Positions 47,923-61,300 of a stretch of 64,000 bases of DNA are shown here, piece by piece. Made by a program: the position numbers and the translations under genes. Within the stretch, counting starts at the first letter, position 1; each line of letters starts with the position of its first letter. Source of the DNA: Zootoca vivipara (taxonomy: Eukaryota); contig NC_083285.1 of NCBI RefSeq assembly GCF_963506605.1, forward strand, positions 70,990,001 to 71,054,000, read 5' to 3'. The notes under the pieces are model-generated. The model was not told the DNA's origin and ran no database searches. It saw only the letters and a program-made list of their open reading frames with translations.

Positions 47923-50900
47923 TCACCTCTTCCCCGAGGGCCACCAGCTGCCTGCACCCCCCGCGTGGCTGAGCACGGCCTGCTTCTCCTCCGGGCTGAA
48001 ATGCAAGATAGTCAAGATGGCCGTCAGCGTCTGCTGCCGCCCCAGCAAGTCCGTCAGTGTCAGGAAGCGGTAGAAAATGTTCTTGAGGTACTCCAGGTTG
48101 GCGCCTTCCCTACCCTGGTCGCGAGCGCTCTTCTGCAGGCGGCCCTGCAGGCCGGAGACCTCCTCCCGGTGCCGCTCGGCCTCCTCCAGGAGCCTCTCCT
48201 GCAGCTGCCGTACAGCCGCCTCCAGGCTGCGCTTCTGCTTCTTCAGGGCCGAGGCCTCCACCTCCTTCCTGGCCAACTGCTCCGTGTACAGCAGGAAGGC
48301 CGGCTCCTTGGGCGCGGCCAGGTGCAAAGCCTGCGTGAGGGTCTCCAGGGAGACGTCGCCGCCCTCGTCCCCCTTCGGGTCCCCGCTCCGGGGCCCTCCC
48401 GCTTGGGCCAGGCCCTGCTTGGGCCCCTGGAGCCCGTAGTAAGGCAGCACCAGGGCCCTCAACTGCTCCAGCTCCTGGTCCTTCTCGGCCAGGACGGCCA
48501 GCGCCCGGTCGCGCTGCTTGTGCATCTCCTCCTCCAGGCGCAGGACCTTCTCCTGGAAGCCCAGCTGGCTCCTCTCCAGCTCCTGCCGGTGCTGCTGCTG
48601 CAGGCGGGCCGCCTCCTGGCGCCAGGCCTCTGCCTCCTGCTGACGCTGCCGGGCGCCCTCCTCGCAGGAGAGCCGCACGGAGACGTGCTTCTCCTTCAGC
48701 TCGGCCAGCTGCTCCTGCGCCGCCTCCAGCTCCTTGGCCAAGCTCCCGTCCTTGGCCGACTTGTTCTTGAGGACCACCTGGGCCCTCTGCTTGTACCTCT
48801 CAAACTCCTCCTTCAGCTGCTTCAGCTCCTGCTGGTAGTAGGCCGCCGTGGCCTTCTCGCCGTCCCCCGTCTCCGTGCCGCCCTTGGGAGGCTCCAGCCT
48901 GCAGAAGGCTTCGATCTCCCGGGCGGACGCCGGGCTGTCCTTGGTGGCCTCCTGCAGCATCTCCTTCAGCTTCTCCATGCGGTCCTTCAGGACGTTGACG
49001 TCCAGGCTGCTCCCCTCAAAGGCCACGACGTCCAGAGGGGAGCGGCCAGAGGCAGCCATGGCCAGGGTCTTGTTCTCCAGGTCCAGCTGGGCGATGCGGT
49101 CCTTCAGCTTCTGGATGGCCAGCTGGTCCTTCTGTTTGGCTTTCTCGTAGGTGCCCAGGAGCTCAGAGACCTCCGAGATCTGGGCCTCCAAGCCGGCCAC
49201 CCGCTGCTCCTCCAACTGGATCCGATCCTCCGCTTGAGCCGTCTGCGGGGGGAGGAGAAACAGAAGGACATGAGAAGAGGCTGCTGGACGAGGCCAGTGG
49301 GAATCCACCCAGCCTGGTTTTATTTTAAAACCTGCCACTTCTCCAAAGCTTTTGATTTCTTCTCATGCTTTCGGAACACTCTACCCAAGGCTGCTCCAAT
49401 GTCAACACCGGACCATCAGCAAACACCATGATTTTATGGACTCTACGTCCCACCTCAATCTCTTTAAGTTCCCTGTTTCTCCTTATATTCTGAAGCACAA
49501 TTTCTAATGCCATAACAAACAACAATGGAGATAAGGGACAACCTCGTCTTGTTCCTTTTTCTATTTGGCATTTGTCCGAAAGAATATTATTTATTAAAAT
49601 ATCTGAGGATTGATCAGTATAGATCTCTTCAATTCCAGCCAGGAAAGAATGACCTATTTCCATTTTCTCAAATACCTTAATCAAGAATGACCAAGAAATA
49701 CTATCAAAGGCTTTCTCCGCCTGCCTGAGAGAATCTCCAGTCTGGCCAGGAAGTGGGGAAGGAGCATCGCTTGGCTCTGCCAGGGAGTCACGCCACCAGC
49801 CTGGGCCAACCTGCTGCCCTCACAGAGGACGGGAGCTACTATCCAAAATATCTAGAGGCCACCAGGCTGACGAAGGCTGCTCCTCCCCTCCAAAGTCTCC
49901 ACGCTGGCATGGCGTCCACAGGCCTCAGCAAACACCTCCATGGAGGGGGTGCAGTCCGGCCAGTAAGACTGACCCCCACCCTGTGGTGAGCTGGAGAAAT
50001 AAAGGGACCATGTAGGTAAAGGAATGTGCCTGCTTTGGGGCTCCGCTCAGGAGGGAATCACAGACTTCTAGAACTGGAAGGGACCCCCAAGTCATGTAAT
50101 CCAAACCTCTGTAGTGCAAGAATCACAGTGCAAGAATCCCTGGCAGATGGGCCTCCAAGCTCTCCAAGGAAGCCAAATCCAGCCCCTTCCGCTCCCCGCC
50201 CTGTGCTCACCTTCCGCATCTCCTGCATCAGCTGCGCCTGGAAGTGGCTCCTCAAGCTGGCCGCCTCGGCCTGCAGCTCCTGCACCTGCGGGTCCGGCTG
50301 GGAGCTCTCCTCCCGCAGGGCCCTTAGCTCCCGCCTCAGCTCCTCCACCTCGCAGCCCAGCTGCCGGGCCTGGTGCTCAGCCGCCTCCGCCCGGTCTGCC
50401 ATGCCCGCCTTCCCGGCCAGGGCCTCGCGGGCTTCCTCCAGGCCCAGCTCCGCCTCCTGGCGCAGGGCACGCTCACTCTGGAGCAGGCGCTGCAGCTCCC
50501 GCAGCATGACGGCATGGTCGCCCTGCTCCTGCGCCCGGTCGTGCTGCTGCGCAATGAGGCGCGCCTTGACCTCGGCCAGCTGCTCCTGCGCCTCCTTGAC
50601 CTCGGCCTCCAGCCGGCTCCTCTCCTCCTCGGCTCTGCGGTTGGCGCTCTCCATTTCCTGCTTGGCCTTCTTCTTGTCGGCCTGGTAGGAGGCCTCCATC
50701 CGAGACTTCTCCTGCGTGACGGTGGCCAGGGCGCTGGTCAGCGTGGCCAGCTGAGTCTTCAGCTGCAGGACCCTCCTGTCCGACTCGCCAGCGCCCCCCG
50801 CAACCAGCTCCCCGCTGCCGGAGCTCACGCCACTGCTCTCGGAGCTGCTGGTCTCCTCCAGCTTCGAGGGAGAGGCTGCAGTCCCCACTGGCGCCGCCCC

Positions 50901-51254
50901 GTCTTCTGTGCCCACCAGGTCCCCCCTCACGCTGGCCAGGCTGGCAGCCGTCCCATGACTGTCCTCGCTGTGGACCGAGCTCTGGTCCTCGCTCAGGTCC
51001 GGGCTGGAGGAGCCGGCCACCCCCGGGGGCTGGGCCACCTCGCTGCCCAGGCCGGCATCCACCTCGTGGGAGACCGACAGGACCTTCAAGCTGGCCTCCA
51101 GCGCCTCCTTCTCCTTGAGAAGGCTCTTGTAGGCTCTCACCACGTCCTTCAGGCGCCCCTGGTACTGCAACAGTTGCTTCTTCTGCACCTCGATGGTCTC
51201 CTGCAGGTCCTTCTTGCTGGGGCCGCCCCCAAAGTTCATGCCAAACTTCTCCAT
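47923..51254 (-). CDS. GCC1: GRIP and coiled-coil domain-containing protein 1 (golgin GCC88), 787 aa
   Basis: Exons 51254-50211 (MEKFGMNFGGGPSKKDL...) and 49242-47923 (C-terminal GRIP: ANLEYLKNIFYRFL...ILTILHFSPEEK...SWWPSGKR); phase-0 GT-AG intron; minus-strand AATAAA at 47606-47611. Confidence 0.97.
49345..49720 (-). mobile_element. L1 RT fragment in the GCC1 intron
   Basis: KGTRRGCPLSPLLF...FADG. Confidence 0.85.
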
Positions 51255-52568
51255 GGCCCCGGGGGCTGGGCTGGCTCTGAGAGCTGCAAGGGAACACCAG
51301 GGCGTGAGAAGAGCCATGCAGCTGGTTCAGGCTGACCACCCGCCTCGTCCAGGATCCTGTCCCCACAGAGGCCCACCAGGTGCCCCGACGGGAGGCTAGC
51401 AGGCAGGGTTCATAACAAGAGCAAAAGAGCCTTCCTGTACCAAGTCAGACCTTCAGTACACTTTGGAACTCCCTGCCTATTGAGCTCAAGCAGACAAGGC
51501 TGCCCAAGGTGCTTAGAAAGTTGATGTGAATTTTAACCTGGTTCAGTATTTTAACTTTTTCTACCACAGAGCTGTAGAGTTGGAAGGGACCCCCAAGGGT
51601 CATCCAGTCCAACCCCATGAGATGCAGGAATCTCAGTTAAAACATGCATGACATTTGGTCGTCAAATTTTCCTGTCTTCTCTTTCGGTGAAACCCTGGTG
51701 TGTGTTTGTGTTTGTGTGTGTGTTTCCTACACTCAAGTGGTGCATAACTTTGGGAAAATAAACAAGCACAATTAGGCCATCTAGCTCAATACTGCCCACA
51801 CTGATGGATGGTCGTGTCTCTCCAGGATTTCAGGGCAGGTTCTGTCCCAGGTTTTCCTGGATATTCTGCCGGGGGTCGAAGCCGGGACTTCCTGCATGCC
51901 AGGCAGGTGCTCTCCCACATTCTGGAGGAACAGTTCCGAGGCAGGAGCAGGCAAGGAAGGGCTGCTGGACCTCATGGGGACCCTGAGGACCCCAAACGCA
52001 GCACAAATGCCAGCCAAACAATGACAGTTTGGGAAGCCATTCCAGCGCCACCAGGGCACTTAAAAGAGAAAACCCTCCCTCCCTTTTTTGGGGGGGACCT
52101 TGCACACACATGCAACTGCCTGGTCTCTCGGCGTCTGACCTGAACACCAGAGGCTTTTGCTACAGGGCTCTCCCCCAACTCGGAGAGGGGGGCATAAGGT
52201 GCTTTCTGCAGCAGCACCCACGCTTTGGACGGGGAGAGAATCTGTAAGCCCTACCCTGCCTCCTATTGCCGCCACTCCCCCTCCATGCAGTGCCAGATTT
52301 ACGTATAAGCTAAACAAGCTATAGTTTAGGGCCCCACTCTCTTGCCCCCCCCAATTAAAGGAACAAAACTGGATGTACATTTCCAAAATATAAGATTAAA
52401 ACATAAAAAATAAAACCTACATCCAGCAAGTGTTTTGTGTTGTGTAGGCTCCTGTGATGTAAGTCAAGGGCCCCGCCTGCTAGCCTGCTCCCTAAAATAT
52501 CACTGGTTTGCTCATTTCTACATATAGGGTGCCTACATTCTGCTCTTTATAATTATTTGCATCATATA

Positions 52569-52927
52569 CAGGTGAAACTCTGAAAATTAGAATATCGTTG
52601 AAAAGTTCATTTATTTCAGTAATGGTACTTAAAAGGTGAAACCAATATATGAGATAGATGCATGACATGCAAAGCAAGATATGTCAAGCCTTTATTTGTT
52701 GTAATTGTAATTATTTGTCGTTAGGCAGGTCAATTATAAGTGCAATGTAATTAATGAAATGTAATAGCGATGTTTATTTTTGTATTATTGTAACTGTTTG
52801 TTTTGTTACTGTGGAATTTCCAAAAGAAAGCATTTGTCAAAATTAAAAGAAAAAGAAAAAATAATACGTTGCATTACTGAAATAAATGCACTTTTCGACG
52901 ATATTCTAATTTTCCGAGTTTCACCTA
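52569..52927. mobile_element. Tc1/mariner-type MITE
   Basis: TA|CAGGTGAAACTC-GAAAATTAGAATATCGT ... ACGATATTCTAATTTTCCGAGTTTCACCT-|TA. Confidence 0.85.
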
Positions 52928-53319
52928 TAATTACAGCTCTTATTATTCCACGTTATAGCAAGTTCTAGAGACTAGATTATGAGACTTTGTAAACTGTGTT
53001 ACTAAAGGAACTTTTGTTATTGCTCAATGCCAATGGATTTGCATTATTCAGTTTCTTATGAATAAAAAGTCATTTAAAGTTAGAGCTTGATAATTATTTC
53101 ACTATTAATATCCTTCATCCTAATTGCATTTGGTAAAATACATATTTTGTTATATGCAAATGGCTTTAGATACATATTAGATCCATAAATTACCACATAG
53201 CATATATTCAACACAAAAAACAGTGACCATTTGTTGTTGACAAAGGACAACTGGACTTCCAAAGGGCCCCATTACCTTCAGGAGCTGAGGGCCTCATCCA
53301 ACCTCAATCCGGCCCTGCT

Positions 53320-53990
53320 CCTATTGCCCCTCGCCCCCCGCCCCCCACGTTACAGGGTCAGGTGCCAATGGGGATGGGGGGGGGTCGAGCCGGGGGGGGG
53401 CGCTTGGAAAAGGACCCGGTTGGGTGCCCCAGATGGGGCGGGGGGCGGGGGGCAGGAGAGGCCCCTCTCGGAGGACCCGGGACGCGGAGGGGGCGGCCTG
53501 GCACGGGCTGGCAGCAGCAGGAGGAGGAGGCGCCGCTGCCGGCCGGGGGTCTCGCGGGGGGTCCGAGGGGGCGTCGCCCCGGAGGGCCAAGGGGGCGGGG
53601 CTTCGGAGGGGGCGGGGCTCACCTCTCCGGCCGCCGCGCGGCCCCGGCCAAAAGCCCCTCGCCCAGCAGCAGGCAGCAGCCGGCACTGCGCCTGCGCGGG
53701 CCGCTCCGCTTCTCCCGACGCCGCCCGTCCGCGCATGCCCGGGAGGACGCGCCGCGCCTGCGCAGCGAGAGCGCCGCCATAGACTTGTTCACGTCGGGTA
53801 GACTCACGCTGGCACTAGCAGCTTCCGGGGTCCCTGTGTCGCCTCCGCTCCCCAGGCTGCGTCTGCGTCTTGAGAGCCGGGGAGGGTTGGTTTGGATTGC
53901 CTCGCAGGAGCCCGGGAGGAGAGGGGGTGGGGTGGGGACCCGGGGGCCATCGGCACTCCTCCCCCATGCATTTGGGGGCGGGGGGCACTT
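53320..53990. promoter_or_regulatory. CpG-island promoter and non-coding first exon of GCC1
   Basis: Very high CpG; GC boxes GGGGCGGGG; NRF1-like TGCGCCTGCGC / GCGCATGC; minus-strand donor GAG|gtgagc with exon end at 53623 and matching acceptor at 51284-51285. Confidence 0.82.
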
Positions 53991-54064
53991 AGCACGTTAT
54001 AGTTTCGTTGTTTCTTAAATTTCTCTTCTTAAAGGATAATAATAATACTAATAATAATAATAAT

Positions 54065-54203
54065 CTGTTTCAGTTATCTGACGAAGTGTGCATGCACACG
54101 AAAGCTCATACCAAAATAAAAACTTAGTTGGTCTTTAAGGTGCTACTGAAGGAAATTTTTTTATTTTGTTTCGACTCAGACCAACACGGCAACCTGCCTG
54201 TAA
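54065..54203 (+). mobile_element. Penelope pLTR mini-insertion with hammerhead motif (54075-54111) in a (TAA)n tract
   Basis: TAT-CTGACGA-A-GTGTGCATGCACAC-GAAA-GC-TC-ATA; the remainder matches the other pLTR copies. Confidence 0.82.
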
Positions 54204-55392
54204 TAATAATTGTAATTGTAATATTAATAAAATTATTAATAATTCATACCCCAGCTACTCTGGGCTGCTAGCAAAGCCCCCCCCCCCTGCGGGGCCCCTG
54301 CACATGGATGCTCCCGGGATGCGCGTCTCGAGACACGTGTTCGCCTCCGAAGACGGAGCAGCGCCGCCTTGTGGCTCCGCGAGTTCCAAGGGGCCAATTC
54401 CTGGCCAGACAGCGCCCCCTGCAGGCGCTCCTTGGGCAGAGGCGTCCTGCCGAAGCGCTCAGCCCAGCTCGGAAGATGTCCATCACTCCTCCGGGAAGGA
54501 AGGAAGGAAGGAAATAAAAAGTCAATTATATAAAATACCTTTTAGGGTTTTGAATCAGTAGTCAAATAGTGGACCTTATTCTGATTGCCCCAGCTAAAAA
54601 ACCTTGCCGCCTTTGCTGTCCCCTGCTCCTCTTTATCTGCCAAGAGAAAGGACACTGGCGCAGTGGCTGGGCGACCCGGAATGGACAATAAAAGAGGGTG
54701 ATCATCTCATTCCTCAAATCTTGGCACGTAGCCGGAAATTTTTCTGGTGAGCCCCAAACTATTGATTACTACCCCAGCAGACTGGTCAAAAGAGAGCAGG
54801 TATCTGTGTGTGAATGAAACAGGCCTGTGACAATGGATTCTGGAGCCAAAGTGTGAAGCTTTTCAAAAGGATGTTTCAGTCAGCACAAGAAGAGCAATTG
54901 TCAGGTATTGTCAGGCATCCTGATTGGCTGCCCAGATGACAAGACCCCCCCCAATGGCATTGTCAACATCCTTCTTAAATTATTGCACCCAGAACTGGAC
55001 ACAGTATTCCAGCTGTGGTCTGACCAAGGCAGAAGAGAGTGGGACTATGACTTCCCTTGACCTGGACACTCGACTTCTGTGGATACAGCCTAGAATAGCA
55101 TTAGCCTTTTTAGCCGCTGCATCACACTGTAGGCTCGTGTTCAGCCTGTGGTCCACCAAGACCCCTTGATCCTTTCTGAGGTCATAAAGGTCAGACTTGC
55201 CATGGAGCTTCTTCCCTTGGAATCCTGGGCCAGCGTCTCCCGCAGGAAGAAGAACTTCCTCTCCCCCCCCCCCCGGCGCCCTCAGAAGCCTCTCCCATGG
55301 CACAGCCGGCCAGTCGGTGGGCAGCGCAAGGTCCAACGCAGGGGCCTGCCTGTTGCTGATGCCCTCGGTAGCTCCGCCCCTCCTGCGCAGCC

Positions 55393-58300
55393 ATGCAGAT
55401 TGGGCTGGTAAACTGGACAGGCGGGTATCTGACTGGGGAATGCTACGGCGACGGCGTCAGCGTCTTGGGAAACACACTGGGGAAGAAACAGGTATTCTCC
55501 CGGAAACCTCAAATGATGCCTAATTTTCTCTTATTAGAGTTCTGTTCCAGAATGAGTGCTATCAGCCAGTGTCAGATTTGGTGCTAATTTCCACTGAATT
55601 GCAATGGCCAGGCATGTCCAAAGTTCTTTTTGGGGGCCCAATCCAGCCCGCCAGTCGGTTTAGTCTGGTCCCTGTGGCAGTTTATTTCCAGGGAGTAAAA
55701 TCCTAAAAAAAACCCTCAACAACTCCAATCCCAAAAACAAGCTCCAGTACTTCACCCCCCAAGAAAGCTCAACAACTTCAATCCTAAAAAAAAGGTCAAC
55801 CACTTTGGTCGGCCCTCACACATGTTCACTTCATCAAATCTGGCCCTCATTGAAAATAGTTTGGACACCCCTGCTAATGGCTATCTATGCTGGCTATCAT
55901 GCATGACCGCTTCTTCTGACTATCTTTCTTATCTATATTAATACCATCAAAAAGCAGTGCTTAGTTTCCTTTTTAGTTGCTATTTTATAGTAATTATTTA
56001 ATAATAATTTATTATTTATACCCTACCCATCTGGCTCGGTTTCCCCAGCCACTCTGGGCAGCTCCCAACAGAATTAAAAACACAGCAGAACATCAAACAT
56101 TAAAAGCTTCCCTAAACAGGGCTGCCTTCAGATGTTTTCTAAATTTTGTTAATGTTGTAATATTGTTCTATAGATGATGAGTGCTGTAGCACTTCTGACT
56201 TTTGTTGTATCTGTGCTGTTTAGCTTATTTTTTTAGTTGCTTTGTTAGTAGCATTTCATCGATTGTTTTGCCGATGATTTGTTAATTATTCTGCATGATT
56301 TGTGTCATATGTGTGATTTATTGCTTGTACAGTAAGCCACTTTGTGATTCGTGCAAATGGTGCAGAAATATGATCCATCTAATCAGTCCAGAGAAATACT
56401 CAGGGACATTCCTTTGGGATCCCTGTTGACTTGCCCCTCTCGCCCCCTGTAGACCTGGGAGCTGCAGGTGACCACGAGGCCAGGGAAGTTGACGGTGGCC
56501 GTCCTGAAGGGCCAGCAAGGGCGGTGCCTCCTGGTGGACGCAGATGGCACCGTCCGGTGTGGTCACCCGACCTCAGGGCGGCAGAGCCAGTTTCTGCTGG
56601 AGGTGCACTCCAGCGGGGCCTGGAGCCTCCAGCATCTGGAGAGCAAGAAGTTCCTGGAGTCGGACGGGGAGGACGTCTTCTGCACCTGCAAAGACCTGAC
56701 AGGGCGCAACATGTGGATGCCTCACCTGGCCATGCATGCCCACGTGGTCCTCTTCAACCCCAGCAGCCGGCTGTACGCGCGGGCCGACCCCGAGCTGAAC
56801 CGCGTCTGGGTGGACACGCCGGTGCCTTACTGCGAGGAGTGTGGCTTCGTTCTGAGGCTCCGGTGTGGCGTCTGCCACCTGGAGACCTCCAACCACAAGT
56901 TCGTCTCCCGGCTGGAGAAGCTGGCCAAGAAGCCCTCGGACGAGACGGCCTTCCACCTGAACCTGAGGCCCGGCTGCCTGGCCTTCCTGACCGACAGGGA
57001 GGGGCGCATCCTGTACCCGCAGGGCAGCCGGGGGCTCCTGTGCCTCGGAGACTGCCCCGAAGACAACGAGGAGTGGTTTGTCATCAAGAGGTGCCCGCAG
57101 TGGGTCAGCCTGAGAACCAGGGCCAAGAAATACCTGGGCATCCTCTGTGGCAAGTAAACCCCGGGGGGAGCAGCAGGGGCCAGGCCAGGGGCCCAGGGCC
57201 CCTTTGACTCATGTCCGGGGTGATTCAGTTCAGATTCGGGGGGTGGGGCTTGATGACCCCTGGAGGTCCCTTCCACAGTTCTCTGGTTCCATCTAGCTCA
57301 CTATTGTCAACCCTGGCTGGCAGCCGTGGCTCTCCAGGGTTTCAGTCAGGGTCCGTCCCTGGCCTTCCGGGAGATGCTGCCCGTAGGGATTGAGCCTGGG
57401 AGCTTCTGCATGCAAGGGGGTGCTCCCCCTCTGGGCTCTGGCCCTTCGCTAAGAAGCTGCGTGGACCCTCTGCCTACAGAGGGGGCTGGGGGATGTTTAT
57501 TTATTTATAAATACATACCCCGCTCATCTTACTGGGTTTCCCCAGCCACTCTGGGAGGCTTCCAACAAAATATTAAAAACGCAATAAAACATCAAACATT
57601 AAAAAACTTCCCTAAACAGGGCTGGCTTCAGATGTCTTCTAAACATCAGATAATTCTTTATCTCCTTGACCTCTGGTGGAAGGGCGTACCACAGGGCAGG
57701 CGCCACCACCGAGAAGGCCCTCTGCCTGGTTCCCTATAACTTGGCTTCTCGCAGGGAGGGAACCGCCCTTGGAGCTGGACCTCAGTGTCCAGGCAGAACG
57801 ATGGGGTTGGAGACGCTCCTTCAGGTTTCAGGGCTGAGGTTGTTTAGGGCTTTAAAGGTCAACACCAACACTTTGAATTGTGCTTGGAAATGTCCTGGGA
57901 GTCAATGTAGGTCTTTCAGGACCGGTGTTATGTGGTCCCAGTGGCCACTTGGCCATTTTCATCTGGGAGTCCCAGATCCCCCACCTCCCACTTGTTGCTT
58001 CAGAACATGTTCAATCCTAAAGACAATTCCAGCTATTTACCACCTGACTTAATGATTGTAGCTCTTGATTTCTCCTACCACGGTCATATTTAAATCCTGT
58101 TATTTATGAAATTGTTAGGAAGAAGGGCAGTGGTTTTCTGCTCAAAGAGATGCCTTCGGTGGGAGAGAACGGTTTTGGGAAACAAACGCCAACAGCACGG
58201 AACTCTTTTTGGCAAGAGGCAGTTCTAATTAAAAGGAATTGGTGAGCTTCAATTCATGGGGTGAACATGATCCAGGTGTTTCTGCCATTTGTCACCCCCT

Positions 58301-61300
58301 CTTTGGAAATGGCTCCCGCTCCCCTGGCAGAAAAAAAGGGTTGTAGCCTAGTGGGTAGAGCACTTGCCCTGCATGGAGAAGGTCCCCGGTTCCATCTCCA
58401 GCAGCATCTCTGGGTCTGGCTGGGAATGAGCCTTGCCTGAAATCTCTGGGAATGTTGTTTTAGGGGTGGGTATATGGATATATTGATTTAATAGTATCCT
58501 TCCTCACTCATGCTTGTGAGTCAGCAGTGTGGGAACGTTCAGGGAGGCAGGAGAGGATATATTGTTTATTAATATCCTTCCTAACTTGCGCTAGCAAGTT
58601 CTGTAACTTAGCAGAGTTTTGCATTCCCCTTTTAAACACACAGTGGTTAAGCTTCTCAATGTAAGATTCCTGGTAAGTTCCCTTATATCCCTCTTTAAAA
58701 GAATAGACACGACACAATCTTGTTTAAAGTATATAAAACAAGTTTACTCACACATTCACTTCAAATTCACTGAAGGCAGACTTAGTTACAAATATGTACA
58801 TGTGGATCTACCCCATATGGGGGGGTTAATCCCAGTGACCGCACACTGGCAGTCACTGCAGCTCACACAACAAAAGGAAGATGGAGAAAGAGAGGGGGGT
58901 GCTGCGTGCCCTGTGCTTTTGTTACCTGCACAGGTAAGGTCACGCCCACCTCTAGCCACATGCTAAAGGAAGTTTGTCCCAGCCCAGGAGGAAACAGGAA
59001 TTTCCAACTGGCTGGAGCAAACATCCCCTTGCATGTCCACTCTAGGAAAACAAGGAATGTTGTATTTGACTGCCATGTATGTATCACATCCCACAAGCAG
59101 CAGAGCAACATTCCCCAATATATAGCAGGAAGCTAGTTGGTAGATTAATTTGAATCTCTTTATACAATCCAATCTGGCTTTCTTCAGATTGGAGTATGTT
59201 CCTGGTAAGGCCCCTTTCATCCCTCCTAAAAAGAATAAAGACACAATAAGCTTCTTTTAAAAGTATAGTAGCAAGAAGTTTATTCACATTCAGCTCACAG
59301 TTGGATCCCTGAAGGCAGGCTTTCGCTTAGAGTTACAGAAGAGGGTTTGAGCTCATCCCATAGGGGAAACTCTTCATCCCATATGCTGCTGGCTGAGAGC
59401 CAGCAGTGCAGTCCAAGAGAAGAAAATGGAAGGAGGGAGATGGCTGCGTGACTGGGCCTACTGTGGGGTCTGCCAGGGTCACGCCCATCTACCTGGCCAC
59501 ACGCAGGGGGAGGATGCTCCAGACCAGGTGGAACAGGAAGTTCAACTGGCTGGATCAACATCCCCCTGCATGTCCACTCTAGGCAAACAAGGAATGTTGT
59601 ACTTGACTGCTCCAATGGATTACATCCCGCAAAATCTTGGAGAGACGCTGCTGCCAGTCAGTGTTCTGAGCTAGATGAAGCCGACTCAGTGCAAGGCAGG
59701 CAGCAGCTCCCCGTGCTGCCCCTGCTGAGCTTCTCCTCTCTCCCCTCAGACTCTGAGGTCTACGCAGGCTCCAAAAAGCCGACCCCCATGTCCACGTTCC
59801 TCTTTCATGTCAGTCCCGATGCCCAAACCGTGCAGCTGAAAGACATCAACCACAAGTACCTGGCGCAGGTAAGTTAGGGGCTCCTCCCTCCAAAAAAGGG
59901 TCCCTGTGAGGGCCAGGAGGTGGGGTGCCCAGTCCCACAGTGGAGGGGCCATGTTGGTCTTGTCCCAAAGAGCATTACCACCTGCTATATCGGGGGGGGG
60001 GCTTTCATTCCCATGGGGCAGAGTAGCTGGTTTTATCCCCCCCCCACTGCTGACCTGGGTCTTCTCTCCCCAGAGGGAGTTCCAGAGTGTGATGGCTGAC
60101 GGCTGCAGCAAAGAACCCGAGACCCAGTTCAGCATCTTGTGGCATTATGGGAAAATCTTCCTGAGGGCGCTCAACGGCCGCTACCTGGGCACCCTCCCTG
60201 TCGGGCTGGTGGTTGCCAGAGCCATGCATCCTGGTGAGGAGGAGGGGGAGGGGGAAGAGAGGATGAGCCACTCCCTGGAACAAGGAGGGTCTCTGGCTGG
60301 GGGAGGTGGGACAGGAAGGAAGCATCTCTCCTGGGATCCCAAGGAAACCCCCTGACCTTATGTGATGTCTCACCTGCCCCTGCTGGAGGGTGAGGAGTCT
60401 GGCCTGGGGACACAAACCCTGTAGAAATGTGAACAGATGCTAGGAGAGGATATATTTATTAGAAATTATCCTTCCTCACATTTTTGTCATCCCTTTGCAG
60501 CTTAAAAGGGAAGTGTTTAAACAATGATTATAAGCTATTTGCCAATATACTGGCCAACCAAATGAAAGGAGTTTTGGTAGAAAGAATTCATCATGATCAG
60601 GCTGTTTTCCTACCAGGATACCAGATGAAGGATAATATAAGAAATATAATTGATGTGCTAGAATATCTGGAGGTCAGAAATGATAAATAAGCTGCTTTAA
60701 TATTTATACTTGCTGAAAAGGCTTTTGATAATATTTCATGGGCCTTTATGAAGAAGATAATAGAAAAGATGGATTTGGGGGATGCAAAATCCCCCCTTAA
60801 AACAATCATCACACTAACACTCTTGAAAATAGCACTTACTGTACTCAGAATACTTGTTGGAGAGTAACAGATACAGCAGAGTAACAGAAGATTAATAGAG
60901 ACAGGCAGGCTTGAAATGGCGATTCAGTGGTAAAGACATACCGAGGTCTAGCTTAAAATGGTGCCTGAGCGTTGGAGCTCCGACTTAGCAAATGTTACCC
61001 TTTTGCTGGCAGATCATAAAGAGATGGGGAAAGGGTGTGCCCAGGCAGGTAAGAGAATATATTGCTATGCCCTCCTCTGCCTGCCAGGGCACAGTGTAGG
61101 GAGCATCTCTCGCAGAGTTTCTTTCTAGCAAACAAACAGGAAAGCTCTGTGAGCTTCAACTCCTATCTTGCAAAACTTGAATTGTTGGTTTGGACTGCAC
61201 TTCAAATATCCCACGCATCCCTCCCCTTCTGGCTCTTTTGGAAAAGGGGTCCTCCTCCACCCCCAGACCTCAAAGGAACGAGAGCAGCCCCCATCCTCGC

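Noticed and set aside
47965-49431. 488-aa plus-strand ORF (and 50373..51335) antisense to GCC1
   Set aside because: Mirror of GC3-rich Glu/Gln/Lys/Leu coiled-coil codons; low-complexity L/Q product with no independent signal.
53612-53640. GGG CTC ACC (G-L-T) resembling the ARF5 N-terminus MGLT
   Set aside because: No ATG and no further similarity; it is the reverse complement of the GCC1 exon-1 donor gtgagccc.
58340-58420. tRNA-like A/B boxes (also ~31540-31568, ~43300-43360, ~51860-51920, ~61795-61870)
   Set aside because: SINE heads with no complete cloverleaf; not tRNA genes.
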